DNA of 42,225 nucleotides from Ruminococcaceae bacterium UBA7030 (GCA_002494125.1 DLBD01000049.1:1-42225); one strand, 5' to 3'; shown: positions 17,976-27,446, numbered from the stretch's first letter. Made by a program: numbers and translations. The notes: generated by a model from the sequence alone, not told the origin.

Positions 17976-18326
17976 ATGACAAATGAAGAAAAGCTTAAAC
18001 TTGCACAAGCTGCTGTCGACGCTGTAAGCTCCTGCCCCGAATTCAAAGAGGTTGCCGGTAAGTATATTGATGCCGTAGGAACCCACACGGAAAAGGAATT
18101 TGCAAAGTATCTTGTTGCCGAGGCGCAGGAGGATATCTGTTCAATAGACAACACAATTGAGTTTATGCAAACCGATATGGCAAAAGAGATTTTCGGCGCT
18201 GAGACAGCAAAAGAAAAAGCAGAGCATGCAAAGGCGGTTAAGGCTGCCGGAGGACTTTACTGCGACTGCCCCGGCTGCACTGCTGCAAAAGCAATTATTG
18301 ATGCAAAGGACGAATTAATTAAATAA
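17976..18326 (+). CDS. Conserved small helical protein with YCDCPGC motif, function unknown
   Basis: AAGGTGA RBS, own terminator, CxCxxC motif near the C-terminus. Confidence 0.75.
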   Translation: MTNEEKLKLAQAAVDAVSSCPEFKEVAGKYIDAVGTHTEKEFAKYLVAEAQEDICSIDNTIEFMQTDMAKEIFGAETAKEKAEHAKAVKAAGGLYCDCPGCTAAKAIIDAKDELIK

Positions 18327-18333
18327 TTTTATT

Positions 18334-18364
18334 GGAGGTATGCAATACGTACCTCCCTTTTTTT
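18334..18364 (+). terminator. Terminator
   Basis: GGAGGTATG-loop-CGTACCTCC followed by a T run. Confidence 0.75.
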
Positions 18365-18453
18365 ACCGTTTTTTACAATTATTCTCAATCATTATTGAAA
18401 TAATATTTTTTTATGATATACTTAATAATATAAATAAACAGAGAGGCAAAAAT

Positions 18454-20034
18454 ATGTCCTATACCTCATTTACATTCATTTTGATATTTTTTGCAATAAC
18501 CTATGTGCTTCATTCGCTGACGCCGCAGAAATACAAGTGGCTCATCCTTTTTGCAGGCTCATGGGCATTTTACGTTGTGTCAACAAAAGGTCATATTATC
18601 CCGCTGATAATAACGACGGCGGCAATATGGCTAATGGGCTTGAATATTCAGCGCCTTTCAGACGAGTTTAAGGCAAAGAAAAAGGAGCTTGACAGATCGC
18701 AGAGAAAAGAGCTTAAAGAAAAATACAACCGAAAGAAACGCATTTATGTTGTTTTGGGAATTCTTATTCCGCTCGCTCTTCTCCTGTTTCTTAAATACTG
18801 TAATTTCTTTACAGGCACTGTAAACTCCGTTTTCGGTACGGCTATACCCGAGCTTTCACTCGTTCACCCGATGGGACTTTCCTTCTATTCGCTGCAGGCA
18901 ATCAGCTACATCGCCGATGTAAATTCCGGCAAGGTTAAGGCAGAAAGAAATCCTTTCAAGGTTTCGCTGTATCTTTCATTTATGCTCACGGTTGTCGAAG
19001 GCCCTATCGCAAGATATGACCAGCTTGGCACGCAGCTTCTTAACAGCAGAAAAGTAGAAAAAAAGGATTTTGACATCGGGGTTCAGCTCATCCTTCTCGG
19101 CTTTTTCAAAAAGGTTGTTATGGCTGACAGAGTAAGCGGCCTTGTTGACGAGATGTTTGGAAACTACGACTACCACCTTGAAGACGGCGGCGTTCTTATT
19201 CTTATTGCCGTACTGTTTTATACCATTCAGCTTTACTGCGATTTTTCAGGAATTATGGACGTTGTTACAGGTATGGGAAGGCTTATGGGCATTGACCTTC
19301 CTAAAAACTTTGAACAGCCGTTCTTCGCAGTTTCAATTAATAATTTCTGGCAAAGATGGCACATCTCGCTCGGCTCATGGCTCAGGGATTATATCTTCTA
19401 TCCGATATCTCTGTCCAAGCCTTTTATGAAGCTTTCAAAATCAACAAGAAAGAAGTTTAATCCGTATTACGCAACGCTTATTCCGTCAGCTACTGCGCTG
19501 TTTTTCGTTTGGTTTTCAAACGGCTTTTGGCACGGCGCAAGCTGGAAATATATCTGCTATGGACTTTACTACTATGTTCTTATGATGATAGGCATGCTCT
19601 TCCAGCCATTATTTGATAAACTTCACAAGGCGCTCAAGATTAACAAAATGAGCTTTCCTTACAGAGTCTTTCAGATACTCAGAACAGACATTATAGTTTG
19701 CGTTGGAATGTTTCTGTTCAGGGCAGACAGCATCAAAGCATTTTTTGAAATGTTCAAAGCCATCTTTACTTCCTTCAATATTTCAGCGGCTATTGAGCAG
19801 GGCGGAAAATTCGGAGTAGGTATCAAGGATTTGCTTGTGCTCTTCTTAAGCGTGGTATTCATTTTTTTCATCTCTCTTCTCAGAGAAAGAAAATTCAACC
19901 TTTCACAAAAACTTGCCGACCTTCCGGCTATCGTCAAATTCTTACTCCACGTCATAGCATTGATGATTATTATTTTACTTGGCGCATACGGCGAGGGATA
20001 CGGTATCAAAGACTTGATTTATGCGGGGTTCTGA
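18454..20034 (+). CDS. MBOAT-family O-acyltransferase (AlgI/PatA/DltB-like)
   Basis: PMGLSFYSLQ, EGPI, QLYCDFSG, NF.QP, FWQRWHISL, GFWHGA. Confidence 0.92.
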   Translation: MSYTSFTFILIFFAITYVLHSLTPQKYKWLILFAGSWAFYVVSTKGHIIPLIITTAAIWLMGLNIQRLSDEFKAKKKELDRSQRKELKEKYNRKKRIYVVLGILIPLALLLFLKYCNFFTGTVNSVFGTAIPELSLVHPMGLSFYSLQAISYIADVNSGKVKAERNPFKVSLYLSFMLTVVEGPIARYDQLGTQLLNSRKVEKKDFDIGVQLILLGFFKKVVMADRVSGLVDEMFGNYDYHLEDGGVLILIAVLFYTIQLYCDFSGIMDVVTGMGRLMGIDLPKNFEQPFFAVSINNFWQRWHISLGSWLRDYIFYPISLSKPFMKLSKSTRKKFNPYYATLIPSATALFFVWFSNGFWHGASWKYICYGLYYYVLMMIGMLFQPLFDKLHKALKINKMSFPYRVFQILRTDIIVCVGMFLFRADSIKAFFEMFKAIFTSFNISAAIEQGGKFGVGIKDLLVLFLSVVFIFFISLLRERKFNLSQKLADLPAIVKFLLHVIALMIIILLGAYGEGYGIKDLIYAGF

Positions 20035-20035
20035 T

Positions 20036-21115
20036 ATGGATAAAAAAGAAAACAAAAATAATATATCTTTTATATGGCTCAGGTTTATCCCCGTCCTTGT
20101 TGTAATATTTATTCTTGTCAGCATACTTTCAGCAGGACCTTTTTCAAAAGAGAGGGCAACAACCTATAAGAATCATTACAATCCAGCATATGACTTTACG
20201 CTTGAGCCTGAAAACAAAATAGACATCGTTTGCATCGGTTCAAGCAATATGTTCACGGCCTTCTCCCCTGCCTATATTTACGAAAACTACGGTTACACGG
20301 CATGCGACATCGGAATGAGTTATCAGACTCCTGTAAGGTCGTACAGCTTTTTAACAGAATTTCTTAAAACGCAAAATCCAAAGCTTCTTATTCTTGACAC
20401 GGATATGCTTTATGACCAGTTCCCGACTGCCGAAGGCATTGAGGAGATTGACGCAAAAGGTGAAAAAAATACCTACGAGGTATTAAGAGAGAAGCAGGAA
20501 ACACTTTTCAGCGGTATTAGCGACGCAAGATTCACCGATATTATCGGATCGAACTTCAGTATGTTCCAGCTTAACGACCACTGGAAGCACTGGCGCGACT
20601 TCCTGCCTAAAGCGTTTATAAGCTCATATACCGATGAGGTTGATTATCCGTGCGAGCACGGTTTCAAGTACAGGGATGAGGTTGTTGTTGCGAAAAAAAG
20701 CAAACTCTTTACCGAAACCGACAAGCTTGAAGAGATTGATTATGAATACATGATTTATTATCAGAAGATAATTGATCTTTGCAAGGAGAAAGGTATAGAG
20801 GTTTGGCTTGTTGAAATGCCTACTGTTCGCTCCTGGAGCACTCAAAGACACAATGCGGTTGACGTAATAGCAGCTGAAAACAATATTGAATTCATTGATT
20901 TCAACTATCTTTACAAGGATATAAAGCTAAATCTAAAAAAGGATTTCTTCGACGGTAAGAATCACCTAAATTACAGAGGAGCAAAAAAGGTTTCAAAATA
21001 CCTTGGAGAAAAGATATCAGCCGAGGGAATGTTGACAGACCACAGAGGCGATGAGGAATACGCATTTTTTGAAGAAAGCGTTACAGAATTCAAAACAAAA
21101 TACGGTATTAAATAA
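20036..21115 (+). CDS. Membrane-anchored SGNH-like protein (AlgJ/PatB/DltD-like acyltransferase partner)
   Basis: N-terminal TM, IGSS, D..NHLN.. GA motif; coupled to the MBOAT gene. Confidence 0.75.
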   Translation: MDKKENKNNISFIWLRFIPVLVVIFILVSILSAGPFSKERATTYKNHYNPAYDFTLEPENKIDIVCIGSSNMFTAFSPAYIYENYGYTACDIGMSYQTPVRSYSFLTEFLKTQNPKLLILDTDMLYDQFPTAEGIEEIDAKGEKNTYEVLREKQETLFSGISDARFTDIIGSNFSMFQLNDHWKHWRDFLPKAFISSYTDEVDYPCEHGFKYRDEVVVAKKSKLFTETDKLEEIDYEYMIYYQKIIDLCKEKGIEVWLVEMPTVRSWSTQRHNAVDVIAAENNIEFIDFNYLYKDIKLNLKKDFFDGKNHLNYRGAKKVSKYLGEKISAEGMLTDHRGDEEYAFFEESVTEFKTKYGIK

Positions 21116-21120
21116 AACAT

Positions 21121-21147
21121 AAAAAGCACGGTGTAAACCGTGCTTTT
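21121..21147. terminator. Bidirectional terminator
   Basis: AAAAGCACGGT-GTAA-ACCGTGCTTTT. Confidence 0.85.
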
Positions 21148-21148
21148 A

Positions 21149-21688
21149 TTATACCTCAATGCAAGTAGGTATGTGGTTTGTAAACGGAATATATTTTTCA
21201 ATAAGGTCTGAAAGTTTTATACGCATATATCCTGTTGTTGTGCTATCGGTACAGCCGAAATATTCATAGCTCATTATATCGTTGTCAATAACAAGTCGTA
21301 TATCGTTGTGACTGTCGAGGAAAAGGCTTAAGACAGTCGTTGCTCCAACCTCAACTCCAAGCATATCAAAAAGCAATTCCGGCGGCGCAAATGACACTCT
21401 TGAAACGCCGAGCGCCTTGCTGAAATCCTTTGTTACAAAGGGCTTGTCCCCTGCTGTTATAAAAAGATAAAACGCTGTTTTCTGCCGGTTACATAGCAGG
21501 AGGGTTTTAACGGTTTTTACATTAAGCCTTTCGTCTATTGCAACGCAATCGTCCATGGTTACCGCCGGTTCGTTATCGACGCGCTCAAACGGTATTTCAA
21601 GCGCATTAAGATTTTCGTAAACCTGCTTTTGCAAATCAGTTTTGTAATTTTCGGGATTTGCTGTTTTTACCTCGCTGACTTTAATCAT
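21149..21688 (-). CDS. YbaK/PrdX-type prolyl-tRNA editing domain protein
   Basis: KTLLLCNRQKT.FYL, KPF.TK, R.SFA, LGV..GA.T. Confidence 0.85.
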   Translation of the reverse strand: MIKVSEVKTANPENYKTDLQKQVYENLNALEIPFERVDNEPAVTMDDCVAIDERLNVKTVKTLLLCNRQKTAFYLFITAGDKPFVTKDFSKALGVSRVSFAPPELLFDMLGVEVGATTVLSLFLDSHNDIRLVIDNDIMSYEYFGCTDSTTTGYMRIKLSDLIEKYIPFTNHIPTCIEV

Positions 21689-22322
21689 TGCTTATCTCCT
21701 GTTTTATATATTCAAATGCGCCGCTGTCAAACGCTTCATCACGGTGATAATACTTATCATCCCGTTCGTCAATCTCGCGCAAAACTCTGCAAGGGTTACC
21801 GACTGCGATAACATTTGCGGGGATATCCCTTGTGACAACGCTGCCGGCGCCAATTACCGAATTGTCGCCGATTGATACACCCGGAAGCACTATAACTCCC
21901 GTGCAAAGCCACACGTTTTTACCTATATGCACATCTCGGTTATACTGAAGCGCCTTTTCGCGCATAGCAGGGTTTATCGGGTGCGAGGCTGTGGCGATTG
22001 TAACATTCGGCGCAATCATAGTGTGGTCGCCGATATAAATATGGCCGTCGTCCACAAGAGTCAGGCTGAAATTTGAATAAACACCTTTTCCGAGATGAAC
22101 ATGATGTCCGCCCCAGTTTGCATAAAACGGCGGCTGAATATAACAGCCCTCTCCAACCTCGGCAAACATAAGCGGCATAAGCTCCTCCATTCGCTTTTCA
22201 TCGCCGAGTGAAAGTGTGTTATACTCGTTCATATATTTTGCATAGGTTGACTGAACGTCAAGTATTTGGCTGCTTGTACTGTCATAAATCAAGCCGTTTT
22301 CCATTCTTTCAAATTCTGTCAT
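21681..22322 (-). CDS. Sugar O-acetyltransferase (maltose/galactoside, hexapeptide repeat)
   Basis: PPFYANWG, IAPNVTI.TA.HP, IGDNSVIGAGSVVT.DIP, GNPCRV. Confidence 0.92.
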   Translation of the reverse strand: MTEFERMENGLIYDSTSSQILDVQSTYAKYMNEYNTLSLGDEKRMEELMPLMFAEVGEGCYIQPPFYANWGGHHVHLGKGVYSNFSLTLVDDGHIYIGDHTMIAPNVTIATASHPINPAMREKALQYNRDVHIGKNVWLCTGVIVLPGVSIGDNSVIGAGSVVTRDIPANVIAVGNPCRVLREIDERDDKYYHRDEAFDSGAFEYIKQEISND

Positions 22323-22340
22323 ATTTCACCTCTTATTATA

Positions 22341-22389
22341 AAAAAACTCGGCACTCCGCCTGTCTTAAGACAGGCGGATTTTAGCCGAG
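22341..22389 (-). terminator. Terminator after glmS containing a perfect 24-bp palindrome
   Basis: CTCGGC-AC-TCCGCCTGTCTTAAGACAGGCGGA-TTTTA-GCCGAG with T-tract on the minus strand. Confidence 0.7.
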
Positions 22390-22417
22390 AAGAATTTAAT
22401 GCGGTTTGTTTTCCCCT

Positions 22418-24226
22418 TTATTCTACCGTTACAACCTTTGCAAGATTTCTCGGCTTATCAACGTCAAGTCCCTTGTCGGAAGAAACGTAATAAGCAAGAA
22501 GCTGAGTTGCAACTACTGCGGGCACTACCATAAACTCATCCTGTAAATCAGGAAGCTCAAAGCTGCAGTCAATGTCATCATTCATAAGCGAACGTCTTAC
22601 AAGTGTGATTACATTTGCTCCTCTTGACTGAACTTCTCTGATATTGCTTACCTGCTTTGAAACAAGTTCCTTCTGTGTAAGAAGGGCAATAACAGGTGTT
22701 CCTGCTGTGATAAGTGCAATTGTACCGTGTTTTAATTCACCCGAAGCAAATGCCTCTGAATGAATGTAAGAAATCTCCTTAAGCTTAAGCGACGCCTCAA
22801 GAAGTGCCGGATAATCAAGTCCTCTTCCTATCATAAATGTATGCTCAGCTGTAAGCATTGAATTCGAAAGATGGTGAATATCCTGTGCTCTTTCGAGTAC
22901 ATCTTTAACTGCATCGGGAATTTTCTTAAGTTCTGTGATAAAGTTTTCAACGCTCTGTGGGTCAAGCGTACCTCTGAGCTGTGCCATTTTGGCAGTGATA
23001 AGGTAGAAAACGCTTAACTGGGTTGTATATGCCTTTGTTGAGGCAACTGCAATTTCAGGACCAGCGTCTGTATAAATTACATTGTCGCTTTCACGGGCGA
23101 TACTTGAGCCTCTTACATTAACAATTGAAAGGGTCATTGCACCCTGTCTTTTAGCGTATTTAAGAGCTTCAAGAGTGTCAATCGTTTCACCGCTCTGGCT
23201 TACGCTGATAACAAGCGACTTGTCGTTTACTATCGGCTTTGAATACATATATTCACTCGCCATATGAACAGACACAGGGATACGGCAAATGCTTTCAATA
23301 AGCTGCTTACCGATAAGTCCTGCGTGCATTGCGGTACCGCAGGCGATTACAGAGATGTTTTCGCACTTAGTGAAAATGCTCTCGTCAACACCCTCGCCTG
23401 TAAAATCAGGAAGCGAACCCTTAATTCTTGAAGAGATAGTCTTTTCAATAACCGCAGGCTGCTCAAAAATCTCCTTTTCCATATAGAAAGGATAGCCGCC
23501 CTTACCGCTGTTTCTGATATCCCAGTCAAGTGTAAGGATTTCAGGCTCAACTGCATTGCCGTTAAAGTCAACAATATCAAAGCCGTCCTTGGTAATCTTT
23601 GCAATAGTAAACTCCGGAAGTACAAAGTATTCGCTGCTGTATTCACCGATTGCCATAATGTCGGACGCAATATATGCACCGTCTTCGTTTTTACAGCAGA
23701 CTATCGGGCTTACATTTCTGACTGCGTAGATTGTGTCGGGAATGTCGTCAAACATAACTGCGAAAGCAAATGTACCTGTAAGCTTTTTAACAGCGCTTGA
23801 GATAGCTTCAATCGGGTCGCCCTTAAACTGTCTGTCAATAAGAGCGGCAGCGACCTCGCTATCGGTCTGGCTTCTTAATCTGTCGGCAATATTAAGTGTT
23901 CCTCTGATAGCTTCATAGTTTTCAATGATGCCGTTGTGAACAAGAGTAACTCTTCCGAACTTATGTGGATGTGAGTTTTCATCGCACACTCCGCCGTGAG
24001 TTGCCCATCTTGTATGACCGATACCCGTAACGCCTCTTACGTCGTCGCACTTTTTCTGCAAATCCTCAACTCTACCCTTGCACTTCGTTACAAGGCACTC
24101 CTTGAAATCGGGATGGTAAACTGCAACGCCGGCGCTGTCGTAGCCGCGGTATTCAAGGGTTTTCAGTCCTTTTAAGAGAATACCTCTTGCCTCGCTATAT
24201 CCTGTATATCCAATAATTCCACACAT
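22418..24226 (-). CDS. glmS: Glutamine--fructose-6-phosphate transaminase (isomerizing)
   Basis: MCGI start, LEYRGYDSAG, GHTRWATHG, SQSGET, VASTK, PRNLAK.VTVE. Confidence 0.98.
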   Translation of the reverse strand: MCGIIGYTGYSEARGILLKGLKTLEYRGYDSAGVAVYHPDFKECLVTKCKGRVEDLQKKCDDVRGVTGIGHTRWATHGGVCDENSHPHKFGRVTLVHNGIIENYEAIRGTLNIADRLRSQTDSEVAAALIDRQFKGDPIEAISSAVKKLTGTFAFAVMFDDIPDTIYAVRNVSPIVCCKNEDGAYIASDIMAIGEYSSEYFVLPEFTIAKITKDGFDIVDFNGNAVEPEILTLDWDIRNSGKGGYPFYMEKEIFEQPAVIEKTISSRIKGSLPDFTGEGVDESIFTKCENISVIACGTAMHAGLIGKQLIESICRIPVSVHMASEYMYSKPIVNDKSLVISVSQSGETIDTLEALKYAKRQGAMTLSIVNVRGSSIARESDNVIYTDAGPEIAVASTKAYTTQLSVFYLITAKMAQLRGTLDPQSVENFITELKKIPDAVKDVLERAQDIHHLSNSMLTAEHTFMIGRGLDYPALLEASLKLKEISYIHSEAFASGELKHGTIALITAGTPVIALLTQKELVSKQVSNIREVQSRGANVITLVRRSLMNDDIDCSFELPDLQDEFMVVPAVVATQLLAYYVSSDKGLDVDKPRNLAKVVTVE

Positions 24227-24293
24227 AATTAATCTCCAATTCAATTTATTAGTCAATAGTATAATATGACTTTACCTTTGTTTTAATCTTCTT

Positions 24294-24432
24294 CGTTGAA
24301 AAGAATTTGTGCCGAAGGTCGCCCCTCGGTTTTGCCTTTTCATAACGCACCGAAAAAGTATGTACGAAAGAGCATCCGCCGAAAATTCGATAACTCTTTT
24401 CCTCGTCAGCTCAAAGAGCTCTGGCGCTTGGA
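24294..24432 (-). ncRNA. glmS ribozyme (GlcN6P-activated self-cleaving riboswitch)
   Basis: Minus strand reads AGCGCCAG-AGCTC-TTT-GAGCT-GACGAGG...GTTATCGAA..TTCGGCGGATGC, then a P4 domain with CAAAA/CACAAA loop and GCGA (GNRA) tetraloop; located in the glmS leader. Confidence 0.95.
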
Positions 24433-24492
24433 GAAAATATGTAACCGCTATTAAATTTTCAAGGTACAGTAGATTATATCTCTACAAATGCG

Positions 24493-24521
24493 ATAATACC
24501 ACAATATATGCTATTTGTCAA
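24493..24521 (-). promoter_or_regulatory. Sigma-A promoter of glmS
   Basis: TTGACA-17-TATTAT on the minus strand. Confidence 0.75.
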
Positions 24522-24534
24522 TATAAGGCAAAAC

Positions 24535-24560
24535 AAAACGGGAGGGTATTCCCTCCCGCC
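24535..24560 (-). terminator. Terminator after the small Cys-rich ORF
   Basis: CGGGAGGG-tatt-CCCTCCCG with T-tract on the minus strand. Confidence 0.75.
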
Positions 24561-24579
24561 ATTCGAGTGAATGTATCCG

Positions 24580-24681
24580 TTAGCAGCAGCCGCAGTCATT
24601 GTTACATCCGCAGCCGTAGTTACCGCTTAACAAAAGGATGATGATAAGGATAACAATCCAGTTAGAGTTGTTAAAATTCAA
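24580..24681 (-). CDS. 33-aa Cys/Gly-rich membrane peptide MNFNNSNWIVILIIILLLSGNYGCGCNNDCGCC (likely sporulation-associated)
   Basis: GGGAGGT RBS, TTG start, own promoter and terminator; below the ORF-track size cutoff. Confidence 0.75.
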   Translation of the reverse strand: MNFNNSNWIVILIIILLLSGNYGCGCNNDCGCC

Positions 24682-24712
24682 AACCCTGACCTCCCTTCCC
24701 CTTTTCTATACC

Positions 24713-24740
24713 ATACTATGAAAGGGAAAGGAAAGTGTGA
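24713..24740 (-). promoter_or_regulatory. Sigma-K-like promoter
   Basis: Minus strand tcAC-N16-CATAgtaT matches the AC-N16-CATAnnnT consensus. Confidence 0.55.
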
Positions 24741-24743
24741 ATA

Positions 24744-25412
24744 TCAGACTATACCGCCGTTTACACCGAGTATCTGACCCGTAACATAACCGTTTTCAGC
24801 AAGGAAAAAAACGGCTTTTGCAACTTCATCAGGTGTACCGAGTCTGCCAATGGGCACCTCGGCTTCAAGCTCTTTTTTATCAAAGCAATCGTTCATTCTT
24901 GTATCAATAATACCCGGGCACACGCAGTTAACCGTAATGCCGCTTGGCGCAAGCTCCTGCGAAAGCGCTTTAGTAAAACCGATAACACCTGCCTTTGACA
25001 TTGAATATGCCGTTTCGCAGGAAGCGCCGACCTGCCCCCAGATTGACGAAACATTTACTATTGCGCCGCTGTGTGCTTTAAGCATTTTAAGCGCTGCATA
25101 TTTTGAGCAGAAATAAACAGCCTTTAGATTGACTTTCATAAGGCTGATAAAATCCTCTTCGCTTGTGTCGTTTATCATCTTAATAAGGCTAACGCCGGCA
25201 TTGTTGACAAGAATGTCAATACCGCCTATGCCTTCAAAAAGACTTTCAATTTCCGCAAGAGAAGAAAGGTTGCATTTTATCATACTAACGCCGTCAAAAT
25301 CAGGCTTTGTTTCATTATAGGTTATCGTTACGTCATAACCTTTTTCTTTGAAAAGAAGGGCACATGCTTTGCCTATACCCGTAGCGCCGCCTGTAATTAA
25401 AACCTTTTTCAT
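24744..25412 (-). CDS. SDR oxidoreductase (FabG/YmfI-like)
   Basis: TGGATGIG, NNAG, SSIWG..GASCE.AYS.SK. Confidence 0.88.
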   Translation of the reverse strand: MKKVLITGGATGIGKACALLFKEKGYDVTITYNETKPDFDGVSMIKCNLSSLAEIESLFEGIGGIDILVNNAGVSLIKMINDTSEEDFISLMKVNLKAVYFCSKYAALKMLKAHSGAIVNVSSIWGQVGASCETAYSMSKAGVIGFTKALSQELAPSGITVNCVCPGIIDTRMNDCFDKKELEAEVPIGRLGTPDEVAKAVFFLAENGYVTGQILGVNGGIV

Positions 25413-25499
25413 AAAATCACCGAAATTATTATACCACAACAATATTGTATTTTTCAATTATATAGGTTATAATTATTATAATATTTTAACGAGGTAGCA

Positions 25500-26006
25500 A
25501 TGATGGAAAAAGAATTTTATACTATATCCGTTTATGTTGACGATGATGAAAATATGATTGGCATTCCCTGCGGTGAAAGCGAGAAGTACGGAATCGCCGA
25601 CATTGACAAGGTTATACTGCTTAAAGCTCCGTATACAGACACACAGCTTGAAAGCTTTATTGAAGAGGTGCTTTCGCACTGCTATACAAAAAAGCACAAC
25701 GATGACTCGCCGGTTTCGACCATCGAAAGATACACTAAGAAAAAAGGCTTTGTTAACGCAACTGCCGACCTTACGCTCATTTCAATAGTGAAAACTAATG
25801 AGATGTACTCGCTAATGCCGACCTTTAACGACTATGAAAGAGGCCCGCTTGCTATTGACGACGACGAGCATATACTTATGAATCCTTATCAAAAGGGAGA
25901 ACTTGCAGAGGTTATAAGGGGCTTTATTGAGGTTTACCTTAAAGCGAACATCTTTTATAAGGAAAAGGAAGAGCTCGAAAGAGAAAAGAAAAATAAAAAA
26001 GACTGA
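25500..26006 (+). CDS. Acidic hypothetical protein
   Basis: GAGGT RBS, 168 aa, overlaps the RluA start (TGATG). Confidence 0.75.
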   Translation: MMEKEFYTISVYVDDDENMIGIPCGESEKYGIADIDKVILLKAPYTDTQLESFIEEVLSHCYTKKHNDDSPVSTIERYTKKKGFVNATADLTLISIVKTNEMYSLMPTFNDYERGPLAIDDDEHILMNPYQKGELAEVIRGFIEVYLKANIFYKEKEELEREKKNKKD

Positions 26007-26956
26007 TGAAACGCATAGTTATCACATCCGGCGACGCAGGCACAAGGCTCGACAGATATATTCTTAAAACCTTTGACAAAATGCCGAAATCGCTTATGTT
26101 TAAGGAAATAAGAAAAAAGAATATAAAAATAAACAAAAAAAGATGCACGCCCGACCAAACACTTTGTGAGGGCGATATACTTGAGCTTTATCTTAACGAT
26201 GATGTTCTTGAGGAGAAGAAAAAGTATTTTGACTTCCTTAAAGCTTCATCGGATCTTGACATTATTTATGAGGATGAAAATATCCTTCTTATAAACAAAA
26301 AGGTCGGCGTTCTATGTCACCCTGACGGCAGGGATTACACCGACAATATTGTTGCAAGAGTTAAGCGTTATCTTTATGAAAGAGGCGAATGGGAGCCTGA
26401 CAAAAGCTTGTTTGCGCCTTGCCTGGCAAACCGTATAGACAGAAACACAGGCGGCATTGTAATTGCGTGCAAAAATGCAATATCACTCAAAGCTGTTAAC
26501 GAAAAAATTAAAAGCCGTGAGGTTGAAAAATACTATCTCTGCGTTGCGCGAGGTAAGATGAAAAAGGAAAGCGAAACGCTTGAAGCATATCTGAAAAAAG
26601 ACGAAAAGAATAATATGGTAGAGGTATCTGATAAAGAGCTTGACGGCTACAAAAAAATCGTTACAAGATACAGAGTCCTCGATTACAAAGACGGCGCTTC
26701 GCTCCTTGAGATTGAGCTTCTTACAGGCAGAACGCACCAGATAAGAGCTCATCTTGCTCACATAGGTCATCCGCTTTTCGGTGACGGAAAGTACGGAAAA
26801 GAGCAAGGAAGATTTCGCCAGGCACTTTACAGCTACAAACTTAAATTCAGCTTTGAGAAGGACAGTCCTCTCGCCTACCTTGACAGCAAGGTGTTTGAGG
26901 CAAAGGATATAGCGCTTCTCAAGGATTTTAAGGAAGGAAAATATTATGAAGGATAA
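26006..26956 (+). CDS. RluA/RluC-family pseudouridine synthase with S4 domain
   Basis: RLDRY, NRIDRNTGG, TGRTHQIRAH, GD.KYG. Confidence 0.93.
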   Translation: MKRIVITSGDAGTRLDRYILKTFDKMPKSLMFKEIRKKNIKINKKRCTPDQTLCEGDILELYLNDDVLEEKKKYFDFLKASSDLDIIYEDENILLINKKVGVLCHPDGRDYTDNIVARVKRYLYERGEWEPDKSLFAPCLANRIDRNTGGIVIACKNAISLKAVNEKIKSREVEKYYLCVARGKMKKESETLEAYLKKDEKNNMVEVSDKELDGYKKIVTRYRVLDYKDGASLLEIELLTGRTHQIRAHLAHIGHPLFGDGKYGKEQGRFRQALYSYKLKFSFEKDSPLAYLDSKVFEAKDIALLKDFKEGKYYEG

Positions 26957-27446
26957 GTTTATCAGAATAGTATCACCCATAACCTTATGCGTTATTTTTG
27001 CACTTGACGCAGGTGTTTTAATCTACGGAGCATATGCAATAAAAAGGCTTCTTCACTTCCCGAACACGCCTGTTATTCTTTTTGCAGCGCTTGATGTGGC
27101 TGCGCTTATTCTTGCAATCATTGTTACAAAAGAGGTCTTTTCAAACGGCATCCGCTTTTACGATGACGAGCTCGAGTTCACCAGTCTTGACGAAAACAAC
27201 ATTTTCAGCTACGACAGTATAAAAAAGATTGAAATAAGTAAAGACGACAGCATAAGTTTTACAAAGACCTTTATTGACCGTCAGTCACAAATAATCCTCA
27301 CTCTTAATGACGACAGGGTTATTACAATAGAGCTTGGCATCACAACTAAAAACACGCTCAAAAAGGCGGCGACGGAAATCGCCGACAGGACAGGAGTTGA
27401 GCTTGAAGAAATCAAGCCTGAAAAGAAAAGTAAAGAGGAAGAATAA
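26946..27446 (+). CDS. Hypothetical 2-TM membrane protein
   Basis: Two N-terminal hydrophobic helices plus a soluble domain; overlaps the RluA end. Confidence 0.7.
   Translation: MKDKFIRIVSPITLCVIFALDAGVLIYGAYAIKRLLHFPNTPVILFAALDVAALILAIIVTKEVFSNGIRFYDDELEFTSLDENNIFSYDSIKKIEISKDDSISFTKTFIDRQSQIILTLNDDRVITIELGITTKNTLKKAATEIADRTGVELEEIKPEKKSKEEE

Noticed and set aside
17976-18326. Hsp90 chaperone label
   Set aside because: Far too short and no GHKL ATPase motifs
22355-22378. Perfect 24-bp palindrome as an IS200/IS605 end or REP
   Set aside because: Single copy in the window, no transposase, and its position plus T-tract fit a glmS terminator
24309-24641. 110-aa ORF upstream of glmS
   Set aside because: Antisense to the ribozyme, promoter and small peptide gene, which explain the region better
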